A DNA stretch of 64,000 nucleotides, from positions 64,238,744 to 64,302,743 of the forward strand of contig NC_057718.1 in NCBI RefSeq assembly GCF_004010195.1, read 5' to 3'. The notes beneath the pieces were generated by a model. It made no database searches. It was given only the letters and a program-made list of their open reading frames with translations, and had not been told where the DNA came from. Of this stretch, positions 24,120-37,629 are shown piece by piece; the stretch's first letter is position 1; each line of letters opens with the position of its first letter. The stretch is from Chiloscyllium plagiosum. Its lineage: Eukaryota. Both the position numbers and the translations under genes were made by a program.

Positions 24120-24885
24120 TACGGCACTTCAGGTTGGACTGCAGATTCACCAGAATGATACTTGGGAGTTGGTATTAAATAAGAGTGACAGGTCACACAA
24201 ACACGGTTAGTATTCCCTTAAATTTGTATGACTGAGGGATGTTCTAATCAAAATGAGTTTACAATTATAAAAGGATTCAAATAGAGTCAATGAAGAGAAC
24301 CTATTTTCTCTGACAGGGAAATCCAAAACAATATGGCATAATTTAAAAATGTCTGTCATGCTATTTAAAATCAGGAAATCAAGTGGCACTGCTTCACATA
24401 AAGGATCGTAGAAACATGAAACAATTATCTTCAAAATGGCAAATGATCAGATCAATTAAAATGATCATAACCAAGATCACGACATCTGTAGGTAAAGGTA
24501 TCAAAGGCAGTTGAATAATGCTCATGGATAACTTTATAGAGGTTTATAAAATCATGAGGGGCATGGATGGGGTGAATAACCAAGGTGTTTTCCCCAGGAT
24601 GGGGGGAGTCCAAAACTAGATGGCAAGGTGAGAGGGGCAAAATTTAAAAGGAACTTAAAGGGTAACTTTTTCACACAGAGTGTACTGCTTGTATGGAATA
24701 AGCTGCCAGAGGATTTGGAGGAGGCTGGTACAATTACAACATTTAAAAGGCATCTGGATGGGTATATGAATAGGAAGGGTTTAGAAGGATATGGGCCAAA
24801 TGGGACTAGATTAATTTAGGATATCTAGTCAGCATGGACAAGTTGGACCAAAGGGTCTGTTTCTGTGCTGTACATCTCTATGATC
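24120..24885 (+). mobile_element. CR1 3' fragments (old 24120-24520; HER1-like 24525-24885)
   Basis: FFTQSVLLVWNKLPE...FKRHLDGYMNRKG plus the shared tail. Confidence 0.85.
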
Positions 24886-25574
24886 ATTCATAGCCTAATT
24901 AAATTAAGGAATAGGCCCAAGAAGTGGCATAGCCTATTTCTGTTCCTATGTTTTTCAAGGACATCTTAAAGTACATAACATTAATTACTTTCTTTTTAGT
25001 GCAGAAATTGTAGACAAACGCTGCAACTAATGTGTGCAAAGCAAAACATCAAATGAGATTAACAAGTACTAAGCAAATAAAAACACAGTAACTTTTATCT
25101 AAAGAGAGTTATTATTTGAGTGGTTCAATTTTATATACAAGCTCCCTTTATAGTATAAGCAATAATCACTTTAAAGTAGCACACAGATTCGGTCTTTGCT
25201 AAATAAATGCTGCTTACAATTATTAGCTTTCCACTTTGAAATTCATAAGCAAAATTCATTTGCTCAGTAATGCAAATAAAACACAGGTAATATAAGCACA
25301 TGGAATGATGTTAAATATGAAACAATTATATAAAAGATGAAAAATCCTTAACTAAGGACAAAAACTTGATTCTTTGGAACAGCATATAATCAGTAACATG
25401 TGCAACAGACATTTTTAAAACAAATTTATATTACATCATTTTCTATGTAATAGTCCAATGAGTAGTATTTAGGAGTCATCCAAGAAACAAAATGTACAGT
25501 AGGCAGTCCTTCCCCCGGCTACAAGCAACCTTCTGGAAATATCCGATTCTGGTCTATTTTTCCATCTTCCAGAT

Positions 25575-25614
25575 TTATCCGAGGCAGGAAGTGCAACACT
25601 TTATGACAGCATCC
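25575..25614 (-). CDS. SFT2D1: SFT2D1 last coding exon (exon 8): (R)DAVIKCCTSCLG*
   Basis: Acceptor cctaattcatttttgttatttttaag, phase 2, stop TAA at 25577-25575. Homologous to the human C-terminus DAVIKCCSSLLS. Confidence 0.95.
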
Positions 25615-25837
25615 CTTAAAAATAACAAAAATGAATTAGGAAAGCAAGAACTTTCTCAGAGAGGGAAAATATTAACTCAGCATTTATCCTGTCAAGCCCC
25701 TTAAGAATCCTGTATATTTAAATGAAATCATGTTCTTCTAAATCCAGTGCAGAGTCCCAAATTGTTTAGCCTTTGCTTGTAAAACATTCCTCCATACCAG
25801 GATCATACGAGTGAACCTTCTCTGTTCGGCCTGTAAT

Positions 25838-26433
25838 GATCACACAACACCAGATTATAGTCCAACAGATTTGTCTGAAAGTACAAGCTTTTGCATCTCT
25901 GCTCCTTTGTGAGGTACATAGTGGGGCAGGTACATAGGAGACAGAATTTATAAGTAAAAAATCAAAGTGTCATACAACTGATGCAATGTATTAGACAAAC
26001 CTAGAAGGCTGTTAAGTCTTTAATAATTCAGAACGGGGGTGTAAGTTTTGATTAATTACAGACAAACTTTAATGCATTGTCTGAGCTGAGCTGTCACTTT
26101 TTTTATTCCACTGATAAAACCTTAAGTTATCTCAGGGCTGTGACTTTGAAAAATTCTGGGATTTACATATTAATCAATCAAAACCTGCATCCCCATTCTA
26201 AGTGAGTAAAGACCGAACAGCCATCTAGGTTTGTCTAATAGAAACATCAGTTGTAAGACACTTTGATCTTTTACTTGTAAATTTTGTATCCTATCCTACC
26301 CCACTAACTGCCTGATGAAGGAGCAGCGCGCCGAAAGCTTGTACTTACAAATAAAGCTGTTGGACTATAACCTGGTGTTGCATGATTTGTAAACTTTGTC
26401 CACCCCAGTCTAACACTGGTATCTCCACATCAT
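25838..26433 (+). mobile_element. Penelope-derived inverted-repeat element (third family)
   Basis: Arms ~25840-26055 and ~26170-26385 are imperfect reverse complements (ttatagtccaacag / ctgttggactataa). A hammerhead-like motif lies at 26312-26340. Confidence 0.8.
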
Positions 26434-26993
26434 GCCTCTAATAAAACAGTATATTTTATTTGAAAAAGGGACCAAAGCTGCTCTCAGTACTCCAGATGTG
26501 GTCTCACCAATACAATGTACAGTTACAGTAAGACTTTGTTACTCTCATACTCCAACCCCCTTGAAATAATGGCTAACATTCCAATAGTTTCCCCGATTAC
26601 CTATTGCACCTGCCTGTTAGCTTTGTGCTTAAAACACAAGTACCACTAAGTCCCTTTGAATTACAGATTCCTGCAGTTTTTCTCCATTTAAATAATATTC
26701 CGTTCTTTTGTTCTCTCTTTCAAAATGAACAACTTCACATTTTCCCACATTAAACTCCACTTGCTAACTTTTTTGCCCATTCTCATCTTATTAATATCTC
26801 TGTAAACTGTTTGTATCCATCTCAAGTTGCATTTCCACCTATTTTTGTGTCATGTGCAGATCTGGCTACAGTACATTCACTTCCTTCCTCCAAGTCATTA
26901 GTAAACAGTTGCAGTCCCAGCACTGATCCCAGCACTGGTTACAGATTGCCAACTTGAAAAAGAATCCTTATTCCCACTGTTTCCTGCCTATTT

Positions 26994-27323
26994 GGGCAGC
27001 ACGGTGGCACAGTGGTTAGCACTGCTGCCTCATAGCGCTAGAGACCCAGGTTCAATTCCTGCTTCAGGCAACTATCTGTGTGGAGTTTGCACATTCTCCC
27101 CGTTTTGCATGGGTTTCCTCCGGGTGTCCGGTTTCCTCCCACAGTCCAAAACTGTGCGGGTTAGGTGAACTGGCCATGCTAAATTGCCCGTAGTGTTAGG
27201 TGAAGGGGTAAATGTAGGGGGATGGGTATGGGTGGGTTGCTCTTCAGAGGGTCGGTGTGGACTTGTTGGGCCGAAGGGCCTGTTTCCACACTAAGTAATC
27301 TAATTTAATCTAATCTAATCTAA
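26994..27323 (+). mobile_element. HE1 SINE (V-SINE), full length
   Basis: gggcagcacggtggcacagtggttagcactg head with A/B boxes, V domain, LINE-derived tail and (taatc)n end. Confidence 0.93.
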
Positions 27324-27555
27324 TTTCCAATGAGCTATGCATTCCTATATACTATCTCCAAAACAATTGGTACTTATGACCTAACCTTTTATGAGGTGTC
27401 TTGTCGAACACCTTTTAGAAGGTCTAAATACAACATATCTACTCACTCCTCTCTATCCACTCTGACTGAGATTTCCTTGAAAAATTCTAACAAATTATTC
27501 AACATAATTTCCCTTTCATGAAGCCATGCTGACTCTGCTTGATTATATTATGGTT

Positions 27556-28113
27556 CCGAAAAGACCACTCCCTCCGTGACTCCCTCGTCAGGTCCACACC
27601 CCCCACCAACCCAACCTCCAACCCTCGCNNNNNNNNNNNNNNNNNNNNNNNNNNNNNNNNNNNNNNNNNNNNNNNNNNNNNNNNNNNNNNNNNNNNNNNN
27701 NNNNNNNNNNNNNNNNNNNNNNNNNNNNNNNNNNNNNNNNNNNNNNNNNNNNNNNNNNNNNNNNNNNNNNNNNNNNNNNNNNNNNNNNNNNNNNNNNNNN
27801 NNNNNNNNNNNNNNNNNNNNNNNNNNNNNNNNNNNNNNNNNNNNNNNNNNNNNNNNNNNNNNNNNNNNNNNNNNNNNNNNNNNNNNNNNNNNNNNNNNNN
27901 NNNNNNNNCCCCCACCCCACTCCAGCCTATCACCCTCACCTTGACCTCCTTCCACCTATCGCATTTCCAACGCCCCTCCCCCAAGTCCCTCCTCCCTACC
28001 TGCTGGGCACACTTTCCTCATTCCTGAAGAAGGGCTTATACCCAAAACGTCGATTCTCCTGTTCCTTGGTTGCTGCCTGACCTGCTGCGCTTTTCCAGCA
28101 ACACATTTTCAGC
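27556..28113 (+). mobile_element. Penelope-like element spanning the assembly gap
   Basis: FRKDHSLRDSLVRS before the gap and a terminal repeat after it. Flanking 12-bp repeat tatattatggtt / tatactatggtt at 27544 and 28114. Confidence 0.8.
27629..27908. other. Assembly gap (280 N)
   Basis: Run of N. Confidence 1.
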
Positions 28114-29692
28114 TATACTATGGTTTTCCAAGCATGCTGCTGTTACTTTCTCAATTGATCTCAGTACATTTACAACAATAGATGTTAGGCTAAGCAGACT
28201 ACAGTTGCCAACTTTTTCTCTCCCTCCCTTTTGACAGTTTGCCAATCCAACGATTTTTGGAAAATTTCAACTTATGCATCAGTCTCTGTAGCTACCTCTT
28301 TAGTGAGGATGATGATACTTAATTCTTTATTTCGTACCTATGGAATACTTGAAGTAGCTTTCACCAGAAAGTCTGACACAAAATAACCGTGTACTCCTCT
28401 GCCATTTCCTTGTTCCCCAAAACTGTCTCCCCAGATTAATTTTTTAACCATTGTATAATCTGTGACATTAATTTAGGTAAAGGAATGTGTGCTTTTTTTC
28501 AGTTTTTGCAGTTATATATAAATTCATTCAGCAGCAATAATAGTAGAATCCATTATTAAAATACTTCAGTATTATAAATGATAAAAAATGACGAGTTCGG
28601 AACAGGAATTCTATATCAACTTTTTGTCTGAAAAGTTTAGTCAGCTAGATATCATCTTTCCTCTGAGAAGAGTGACTTTTCAAAACAGAGGCAGATTCTG
28701 ACCTCATTTTCAGTGTGGTGGAATATGCTAACCCAGCCTGAGCACTCAATGTAAATAGTCAAGGACAAAGATTCCCTAAATTTTGGGCGGAAGGATGGTA
28801 AAATACCCGAAGCATAGAAAGCTGTTCTGTCCCAGTGGGTGATGACACTTCTACCAGGACACCCTGTTTCGATGATTTATAGGGAATAATTTGCAGCTTT
28901 GTCTGTATAAAGTAAAATGTTCTAACATAACTAATGAAAAAAGCATAATAGGATATAAAAAGTTTGACCCAAAACCAAGATCAGCTCATGATAATTTGAA
29001 TTTTGCATGTGCAGCGAGATATTTTCCTTTCTCACACAAGGATATGCCTATCTGCAGTTTGCTGATTTTGCATGAAGATGTTTAGAGGAGCATACAGAGG
29101 AGACTTCCTAATTACAAACTCACATCCCAGAAGCACAATGTGGTAACATAATTTATATTCTTTTCCACTCCTTCAATAAATGCAATTTTTGTGCATGATA
29201 TTATTGTACCCATTAGCTTGATTGTACAAAGCCATTTCAAAAACAAGGACACTAGTTTGTACCACACGACTTACAGGAACTGATTTCCTGGGATAGAGAA
29301 TTTAGACTAGGATCCCAGGAGAAGGTATTACCCGTTTAGAATTCAGATAATGAGAAAACCTTTTATTCAAAGGGCTGAGTGTCTTTGGAATTCTCTACAG
29401 TCGAGGATATGGATGTTCACTTGTTGAGTACATTCAAAATTAAGATGGTTGGATATCAAAGAACCCAAAACTAAGTCGAGGAGTATAGGGATTGGGACAT
29501 ATGGAGTTGATATAGAAAGTCACACAAGATCCTAATAAATGCCTTTGTAAGCTCAAGGTGTTGTATGCCTATTCTTATTTCTTACTTTCTTAAAATCAAA
29601 TGCTACAATAAAACAAACACATTCTGAGTAAACTGTTTTCAGGCCCATACTTGTATATCTAACATAAAATGGCTTTTTTTCCAAAATCTCAC

Positions 29693-29722
29693 CTTGCATA
29701 GGGAATGTATGACAGACTATAC
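29693..29722 (-). CDS. SFT2D1: SFT2D1 exon 7 (30 nt): (W)YSLSYIPYA(R)
   Basis: tttttcag|GTATAGTCTGTCATACATTCCCTATGCAAG|gtgaga, matching the SFT2D1 peptide YSLSYIPYAR. Confidence 0.96.
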
Positions 29723-30269
29723 CTGAAAAATAAATTGGAGAAAGTTATAAATCTCATTAAGGTTTGAATAAAATCCACATTAGGTTGTCACAAAGTAGGA
29801 AAGGTTGTAGCATCTTGATGAAAAGTATCTCCATTGCAGGAAAAGAGAAACAAAAATTAACCACTGGAGAAAATATCCACTATGCCTCATTAAGGCTTAA
29901 TGCTTCAGAATAGTTCTGTAAATTTGGTTTGCAAAGGAAATGCACTATGGCGACTATGGTATGTTTTGTTTAAGAGTAATTTTGTATTAACTCATTAAAA
30001 ATATGCACCTCCATGATATCTGGCTTCATTAACCACAATAAAATAACTATGGAAGGAATTCAACTAGATCTATACCCTTTGATTTTGTCTGTACTTGCAC
30101 TCTTTGATGCATTGCAACATATCACTTAATACCCTGTGTAAAGAATGGTGACTTACTAGATGACAAAAGGGAAAAGAAAATTCCTCATTAAAGAACAATA
30201 GGTTAGTGAAACAGTTGAATAACCAGGTCATAGTATGGAATTGTTTCAGGTACGTCAACCAGTTAAGTT

Positions 30270-30375
30270 TAATTAACCTGTTCAAGTGTGTTATGACGTA
30301 ACTGCAAGGCAGGAGGCACTTGAACCAGAGTCCTGGCTCAGAGACAAGGACACTTTCACTGTGCCACATGACCCT
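30270..30375 (-). mobile_element. tRNA-derived SINE head relic
   Basis: Minus strand gtggcacagtg...ggttcaagt A/B-box-like motifs. Confidence 0.45.
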
Positions 30376-30717
30376 ATCAACCAGTTTGTATCATTATAAA
30401 AATGTTCAGCTAACAGCTTAATATAAAACTATCAAATCGACAACCACAGTTCTCACAACAGTGCAAATTAATTTTGGTAATGCCTCAGAATACACCAAAA
30501 ATATGCTAAGATTTATTTTCTACTGACATCCTTAAGCCTTTAAAGTTTGCTTTGTAAAAGATATTAGCATCAAGACAGTTTGAAATTTACATTACTATAT
30601 GATGGTAAATTGCTAATAAACATGGGACAATGGCTCAAGTTCATTATGCTATTCGGGCATTTAAAAGACATTTGACAAAGTTCCACATGAAAAAGATACT
30701 AGTAGAGTAAGGACATA

Positions 30718-30952
30718 AGAATCAGAGTCCCTACAGTGTAGAAAGATTTTGGCCCATAAAGTCTGTGCCCACTCTGATGTGTATCCCACCAAGACCCAGC
30801 ATCCTACTCTACCCCCAAAGCCCCACACTTATCATGGCTAATCCACTGAGGCTATACATCCCTTGACACTATGGAGCAATTTAGCGTGGCCAATTCACTT
30901 AACTTGCACAATTTTAGACTGTGGGAGGAAATCCATGCAGATATAGGGAGAA
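30718..30952 (-). mobile_element. HE1/V-SINE partial
   Basis: gcaatttagcgtggccaattcac...gactgtgggaggaaa. Confidence 0.75.
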
Positions 30953-31199
30953 CAACTAAGAATAAATCTGTGCTGGAACCAGTGCAGGCACCATTGAGTG
31001 AATGGCCTTTGTGATTTGTGACACAGCTAACAGAAGAGGTTGGAGAACAATCGGGTTTGCTAAGGTAATGACATTGGCGTCTGATGGAGACATAACTGTT
31101 CCAGGGTCAATATGGAGACCAGTATGCTGTACAATTTACATCAGGGACTTGGGATTCAGAAAACAAACAGAAATTTGCAGATGGTATCAAGTTAGTGGA

Positions 31200-32361
31200 A
31201 CTTCAGTAAGGCATTCGACAAGGTTCCCCATGGGAGACTGGTTAGCAAAGTTAGATCTCATGGAATACAAGGAGAACTAGTCATTTGGATACAGAACTGG
31301 CTCAAAGGTAGAAGACACAGGGTACTGGTGAAGGGTTGTTTTTCAGACTGGAGGCCTGTGACCAGTGGAGTGCCACAAGGATCGATGCTGGGTCCACTAC
31401 TTTTCATCATTTATATAAATGATTTGGATGTAAGTATAAGAGGTATAGTTAGTAAGTTTGCAGATGACACCAAAACTGGAGGTGAAGTGGAGAGTGAAGA
31501 AAACCTCAGATTACAGCAGGATCTTGATGAAATAGGCCAATGGCAGTGGCAGGTGGAGTTTAATTCAGATAAATGCGAGGTGCTGCATTTAGGGAAAGCA
31601 AATCTTAGCAGGACTTATACACTTAATGGCAAGGTTCCTATGGAGTGTTGCTGAACAAAGAGACCTTGGGTGCAGGTTCATAGCTCCTTGAAAGTGGAGT
31701 CACAGGTAGATAGGATAGTGAAGAAGGCATTTGGTATGCTTTCCTTTATTGGTCAGAGTACTGAGTACAGGAGTTGGAAGGTCATGTTGCGGCTGTACTG
31801 GATATCAGTTAGGCCACTGTTGGAATATTGCGTGCAATTCTGGTCTCCTTCCTATCGGAAAGATGTTGTGAAACCTGAAAGGGTTCAGAAAAGATTTACA
31901 AGAATGTTGCCAGGGTTGGAGGATTTGAGCTATAGGGAGAGGTTGAATAGGCTAGGGCTGTTTTCCCTGGAGCATCGGAGGCTGAGGGGTGACCTTATAG
32001 AGGCTTATAAAATCATGAGGGGCATAGATAGGATAAATAGATGAAGTTTCTTCCCTGGGGTGGGGAAGTCCAGAACTAGAGGGCATAGGTTTACGGTGAG
32101 AGAAGAAAGATATAAAAGAGACCGAAAGGGCAACCTTTTCGCACAGTGGGTGGTACATTTATGGAATGAGCTGCCAAAGGAAGTGGTGGAGGCTGGTACA
32201 ATTGCAGCACTTAAAAGGCATTTGGATGGGTATATGAATAGGAAGGGTTTGGAGGGAAATGGGCCGGGTGCTGGCAGGTGGGACTAGATTGGGTTGGGAT
32301 ATCTGGTTGGCATGGATGAGTTGGACTGAAGGATCTGTTTCCATACATTTCTATGACTCTA
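31200..32361 (+). mobile_element. CR1 (HER1-like) LINE, 5'-truncated and relatively young
   Basis: FSKAFDKVPHGRL, VPQGS, FADD, RPLLEYCVQFWSP and a complete 3' tail, with few frameshifts. Confidence 0.95.
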
Positions 32362-33477
32362 GTAACTGCAGTAGCGAGAAGAGGCAGACCAGAAAATAAT
32401 GACTGGATAAAATCAATTAAGTTAAAGAAATAATAGATGAAATTTGTAAACAAAATACAACAAATGATATAGGGACAACAAAAAAGTGCTATGATATTGG
32501 AACAGCAAAAAAAAAGGACAGAATTATATTCATATATGCTCTTCCATAACTTTGAGGTATTTTAATCATGTAACTGATTACTTTTGTTCAGTATTTTGCA
32601 GGCTTGGTTAGCAAACTGCAAATTAGATAAATTAATGGTTGTTACAAGTGACTGAGAGACATGGAATACAAAAACATGTAATGTCCTATTTCTGTTATAT
32701 ATTTTAACTTCTATTTAGTTAGTAACACTGCCTTTACATTCAAAATATTAGATGACACATTACTAGTCCATGTTCTCCACCTTAATAGTAAACATTAATT
32801 TGTTGCTGTTTCTCAATTTCCTTTCAAAGTAAATAATTGTGAAATTAATCTCTTGGTGCACTAATACTTATAGATGCAGTGTACTGCCAACTATATCAGT
32901 TCAAATCAAATGCAAGTTCACTTTATCACCAAACCATTGTAATGCAGCAAGGCTCTTGTCACAGGCATTCCTTCTGTTAAAAGATTAGAATGATTATCTG
33001 CTTGCGAAATCTTATAACATGCTCCTTTTGCTGGTGGCTCCAGCTTTTGCAATGGTACTGTTATAGGTGGTTGCCACAACAATCTTTAAAGCGTTACAAT
33101 GATTTACGCTGCATTGTAGCAAAAGAAAAACAAGGTGGACACTGCTTATCAGGCTGTGAGTAGTCATTAGTGGTAAAGAAATTCTGTTAACAATGGATGC
33201 AGAGACAAAAAACTCAAGTTTAAAACGTGAAGGGGCTATCTAACTGAATCTTTTAATACTAAATATGTCAATTTACTTTATTTAGCAAATGAAAAACCTG
33301 TAGCCCAGCAGTATCCTCCTTATTTATTGATCAATGTGGTTAATTTACCACTTACTCTGTACATTTCCCTGGTAAAATGCAATATTGTGTCTTTCCACAG
33401 ACACGTAACAGAGGTTGGCTGCATAGAGCCTTCAACTTGTTCTGAAACTGTTTTCAAAGACTACTGTCACCCTGATA

Positions 33478-33667
33478 CAGCAAATCCTCAGTATCCGGGA
33501 AATCAAAATTTGGCCTTTCTGCACCAAAGAATAACAACAGAAATCAATATCCATGGGCAAAACTTGTATCGGCAATTTTTAGACTTATTTTGAAACAAGC
33601 TCTGCACTTGCAAATTTCATTAGTCACAGGGGTTCTCATAAACCTCGCGGATACGGAGGAATGACTG
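33478..33667. mobile_element. Tc1/mariner-pogo (Tigger-like) MITE
   Basis: TA|cagcaaatcctcagtatcc ... ggatacggaggaatgactg|TA: imperfect TIRs with TA duplication. Confidence 0.7.
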
Positions 33668-33789
33668 TAGTTCAAAGCCTACAATTGACAGATGGGATTT
33701 CTTACAAGGACCTTGCTAGCAACTTCTGTGATTCCCATTCCTGCATTCCAAGGAGGTCTGATCATATGATGGGCAGTAGATGGATTGAA

Positions 33790-34702
33790 CAGGTCATAGA
33801 CACATAGAAGGTAGGAGGAGGAGCAGGCCAGTTAACCCCCTGAGCCTGCTCTGCCATTCATTATGATCATGGCTAATCATCAAGCTAAATACCCTAATCC
33901 CAAACCCTTCAATATCCCTTGATCCCTTTAGCTACTTCTTTAAAAACACAATGTTTGGCCTCAACCACTTTGCAATAATGCATTCCAGAGGCTCATCATT
34001 CTCTATGTGAAGAAATTTCTCATCTCAGTCCTAAAAGGTGTATTCCTTATCCTTAAACCATGACCCCAGGTTCTAGACTCCTGCACCCCCCCCCCACCTC
34101 CCCGACCATCAAGAACATCCTTCCTGCATCTAACCTGTGTACTCCTGTTAGAGGTTTCTTTAAGATTTACCTTTTTACAAAAATTTCTATAAAATTTACC
34201 CTCCCCACCCATTCTTCTGAACTCCAAAGAATACAATCCTAACCAACTCAAACTCTCCTCATATGTTTGGCATCAGTTTGGTAAACCTTTGCTTGCACTC
34301 CCTCTATAGCAAGAGCATCCTTCCTCAGAAAAGGAGACTAAAACTGCACACAATATTTCAAATGTGGCCTCATCGATGCACTAAGATATCCTTCTTGTGC
34401 CTGTACCCAAATCCTTTCGCTATGAAGGCCAACAGTTTGCCTTCTTTAGTGCCTGCTGCACCTGCGTGCTTACTTTCAATGACTGACGCACAAAGACACC
34501 CAAGTCTCATTGAACGTTCCCCTCTCTAAATTTACAGCCATTCAAATAATAACCTGGCTTCCTGTTTTGGCTACCAAAGTGGATAACCTCACATTTATTC
34601 ATATTACACTGCATTTGCCAACTTACTGAGCTGTCCAAATCAAACAGCAACACCTCTGTATCCTCCTCCCAGCTCAGGCTCCCACCCAGCTTTGTGTCAC
34701 AG
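33790..34702 (-). mobile_element. CR1 3' fragment (second subfamily)
   Basis: WQMQCNMNKCEVIHFG, LGLYSLEFRRM, FRTEMRNFFT. Confidence 0.85.
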
Positions 34703-34829
34703 TAGTTGAAGATAAAGATGAATGGTTTCAATCAGTTTGTGAGATTTGTCACTCAATAGACTGTGTGGGACAGGGATGTTTGAGAGGACAGGAAGCCAGG
34801 GGAGAGATGTTGAGTGGAAGATTCAAGCA

Positions 34830-35750
34830 CTGATACACATTGTTGCATTCAATTGAATGTCAGCAAGATATGCCTGTGATAATCTATTCTTCTAGTCTGG
34901 CAGAGTTCACAGATATTTTGAGCTTCAACGGAATGCAAAGTACATCATAACTGGAATCTACTACTCATGCGCATTGCTATACTCAATTGAATGTTAACAC
35001 GATGAGTCTGTTGCAGAATCTGATAGGTCAAGGACAGAGGTCCTGAGTGTAGTAGAGGCAGCACCCTATATAGATCCAACAGATTTAGTTAATATGTTGC
35101 TCTGATTTTGAGCTTTGCTGCTGTCTTCTTTAGATATTCTCAGAAGCTCCAAGTTCTATTGAGAGTCACTTCTAAGTGTATAGTTGGAATCATATTTTAG
35201 AGTCTGACAATCCATGCAATTCTTTTATCCATGCAATTATACAATTCTTTTTTGGCATTGGCATCCTGAAGGGAGAATACACTGGGTACGATTTTGAAGA
35301 ATTCAATACGACACACACCATGTGCTACTTCCCGTTTGGTTTAAGAACTTTGAGTGTCTTATCCTGCAACATATCTCCAGAAGTGGAGACTACTCTTAAT
35401 GTTGTTGAAGCTGGCTTCCGTTATGGGGACAGCATGTGAGATCAATTTTTAGTACTCTCCACCTATGCTGGGAACAGCTTCCAAAAGAACATGAAACAGC
35501 ACTGTGCCACCATACCTCTCAGCCACCTACTCTACAGTGTGGCACTACAGCCTGTTCCTAAAGCAGACTGGAGTACTTTTAATCTGGGTCAGGACAGTTG
35601 TTGAAATAGCCCTTCACAACAGATGATACTGGACAAGGGAGAAGTGCATGGACTGACCAACTGACTACCACAGGGTCAAGTGCTAACCCTAAGGCTGTTT
35701 AACACTTTTCCAAATTACCTGCCAATAACGGTTTGCAAGTTAATTTAAGC
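34830..35750 (+). mobile_element. Vingi/Ingi-clade LINE relic
   Basis: Frameshifted RT blocks: FECLILQHIS, EAGFRYGDSM*DQFLVLSTYAGNSFQKNMK, LSATYSTVWH, LPQGQVLTLRLFN. Confidence 0.65.
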
Positions 35751-35754
35751 TTTT

Positions 35755-36075
35755 TAAAAAATATTTGTTCATAAGATGTGGGCTTCACTGGCCAGGTTAG
35801 CATTTATCTCCTATCACAAAACACTGTGAAGAAGGTGGTGGTGAACTGTTGTCTTGAATCGTTTTAGTTTTTGGGGTATTGGGAGACCCAAATTATTGTT
35901 ATGGATGGAGGTCCAGAATCGTGACCCAGCACAATGAGAGAACAGCAACATCACTCCAAATCAGGAAGATGTACAGCTTCTAGGGGAACTCCGAGATTGT
36001 GGCGATCCTAAGCATCTGTGGTCTTGCAGATCACAGGTTTGGAAGGTGCTGTAGGAGGAGGAGGTTTGGTGAGTT
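35755..36075 (-). mobile_element. L2/Crack-like LINE 3' end
   Basis: Same tail as at 42755 and 53350. Confidence 0.65.
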
Positions 36076-36754
36076 TATTAAAAGGCACAATAAAAATGCA
36101 ATATGTTATCATTGCTTGTGTCTTCTGGGTTAAATTCGAGTTCAATAGTTGGCAAGATAAAACATACAATAAAAACTGTTAAAAGGGAACTAAAGTTTAG
36201 CTTAACATAAAACTTGAATTTTTATTTTCTATTGCAAAGAGTACATTGCAATTTATAAACTAGCTGTGAAACAAAACTATACTGCTACCTTTTCTTCCTT
36301 CATTATTGTTCAATAGAGCTGCTTCGATAGATAAGCTAAAATAGTGTTATTCTGTAGCTTTGTGAAGAGAAGGATTTGATGGAAGCAGAAGTAATTTGCT
36401 TGTTTTGTGAGCAGGCTTTGAAATTTGTATGCTAAGTGGAAACAATTTCTGGAATGAGGGATCTTGGTTGCACCCAAATAACTCATTTGAAATACTGAAA
36501 TCAAGCATATCTATAAAACTTAAAATGGCTAAAAACAATGTAACGTTTGATTAGTACAAATTGAATAAAGAAACAAGCCACCTGGGTTTAAAAGGCACAC
36601 ATTTGAAAGTTTGTAGTTTTCCAATATGTGACTATGCTAAAATGAAAATTACAACCTTAACAGTAACAATAATCAAGTGATAGCAGAGATAAATACAGGA
36701 CCACATTTGTTCTCATTTTTTTTTAAAGTAGCATTCTGTGATGGGTCTTACCTA

Positions 36755-36850
<96 letters not shown>

Positions 36851-37629
36851 TTATCAACAGGTTAATAATATCCAACATATAATTAATCAGCTGACGGCCA
36901 CAACAGGAAAGTATACCAACATTTTATTTTCCACTGTAGTTTATGTTAAAAGTAGTGAAAATCATGAAGTATGACATTCATGTTACAGAATAATAACATA
37001 TAAAAATGGAATAAAACCAGACAAAATATAAATGATCTAAAAAGTAAACCAGACTAATCGGCAATACCAACAAGCTGCTGTGATCTTGTGTTCTAATCAA
37101 CCAATGCCAAGCAGTACACTGTGCTCCACACATATTTGCTAACACACATTCCAACAGCATTGTTTAACTTTGCCAATTCCTAATATTAGTCACACTAATT
37201 ATATTAAGCAAATCTAAACAATGATATGTATTTTCTGAATTTCATCAATACAGATATAAACAATCTTTGTTAAAATTAAATATCACAACAACAGGCTAGA
37301 GTCCAACAGGTTTATATGGAAATACAAGTTTGCAAAGCGTTGCTTCTTAGTCAGGTAGCTAGTCACCTGTTGGACTATAACCTGGTGTTTTGTGATTGTT
37401 AAACTTTGTCCACTCCAATACAGCCCCTCACATCAAAATTAGATACAACACTGTAAGGAGCAGTCTCAAAAAGAGCATTTCTGTAAAACTGGAGTTAAGC
37501 AACTAAGGAGAAATACCAAGGTAGTAAAAATCTGGAACAAAGTCCTCCAACCACTTACTGATTGAAAATTCAATTTGGTCAATATAAAATTTATAAATGC
37601 AGAATGCCAAATGCTGTATGAGTACTTGG

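Larger units (their letters stand above)
25640..28430 (-). mobile_element. Old CR1 fragment hosting three younger insertions
   Basis: Antisense CR1 ORF2 pieces at ~25640-25837, 26434-26993, 27324-27555 (IIKQSQHGFMKGK) and 28114-28430 (NCSLLSLTSIVVNVLRSI). Confidence 0.75.

Noticed and set aside
26994..27065. tRNA-like A/B boxes (also at 48702, 37630 and others)
   Set aside because: These are SINE heads continuing into SINE bodies, not tRNA genes.
27499..28027. Several >100-aa ORFs
   Set aside because: Artefacts of the N gap.
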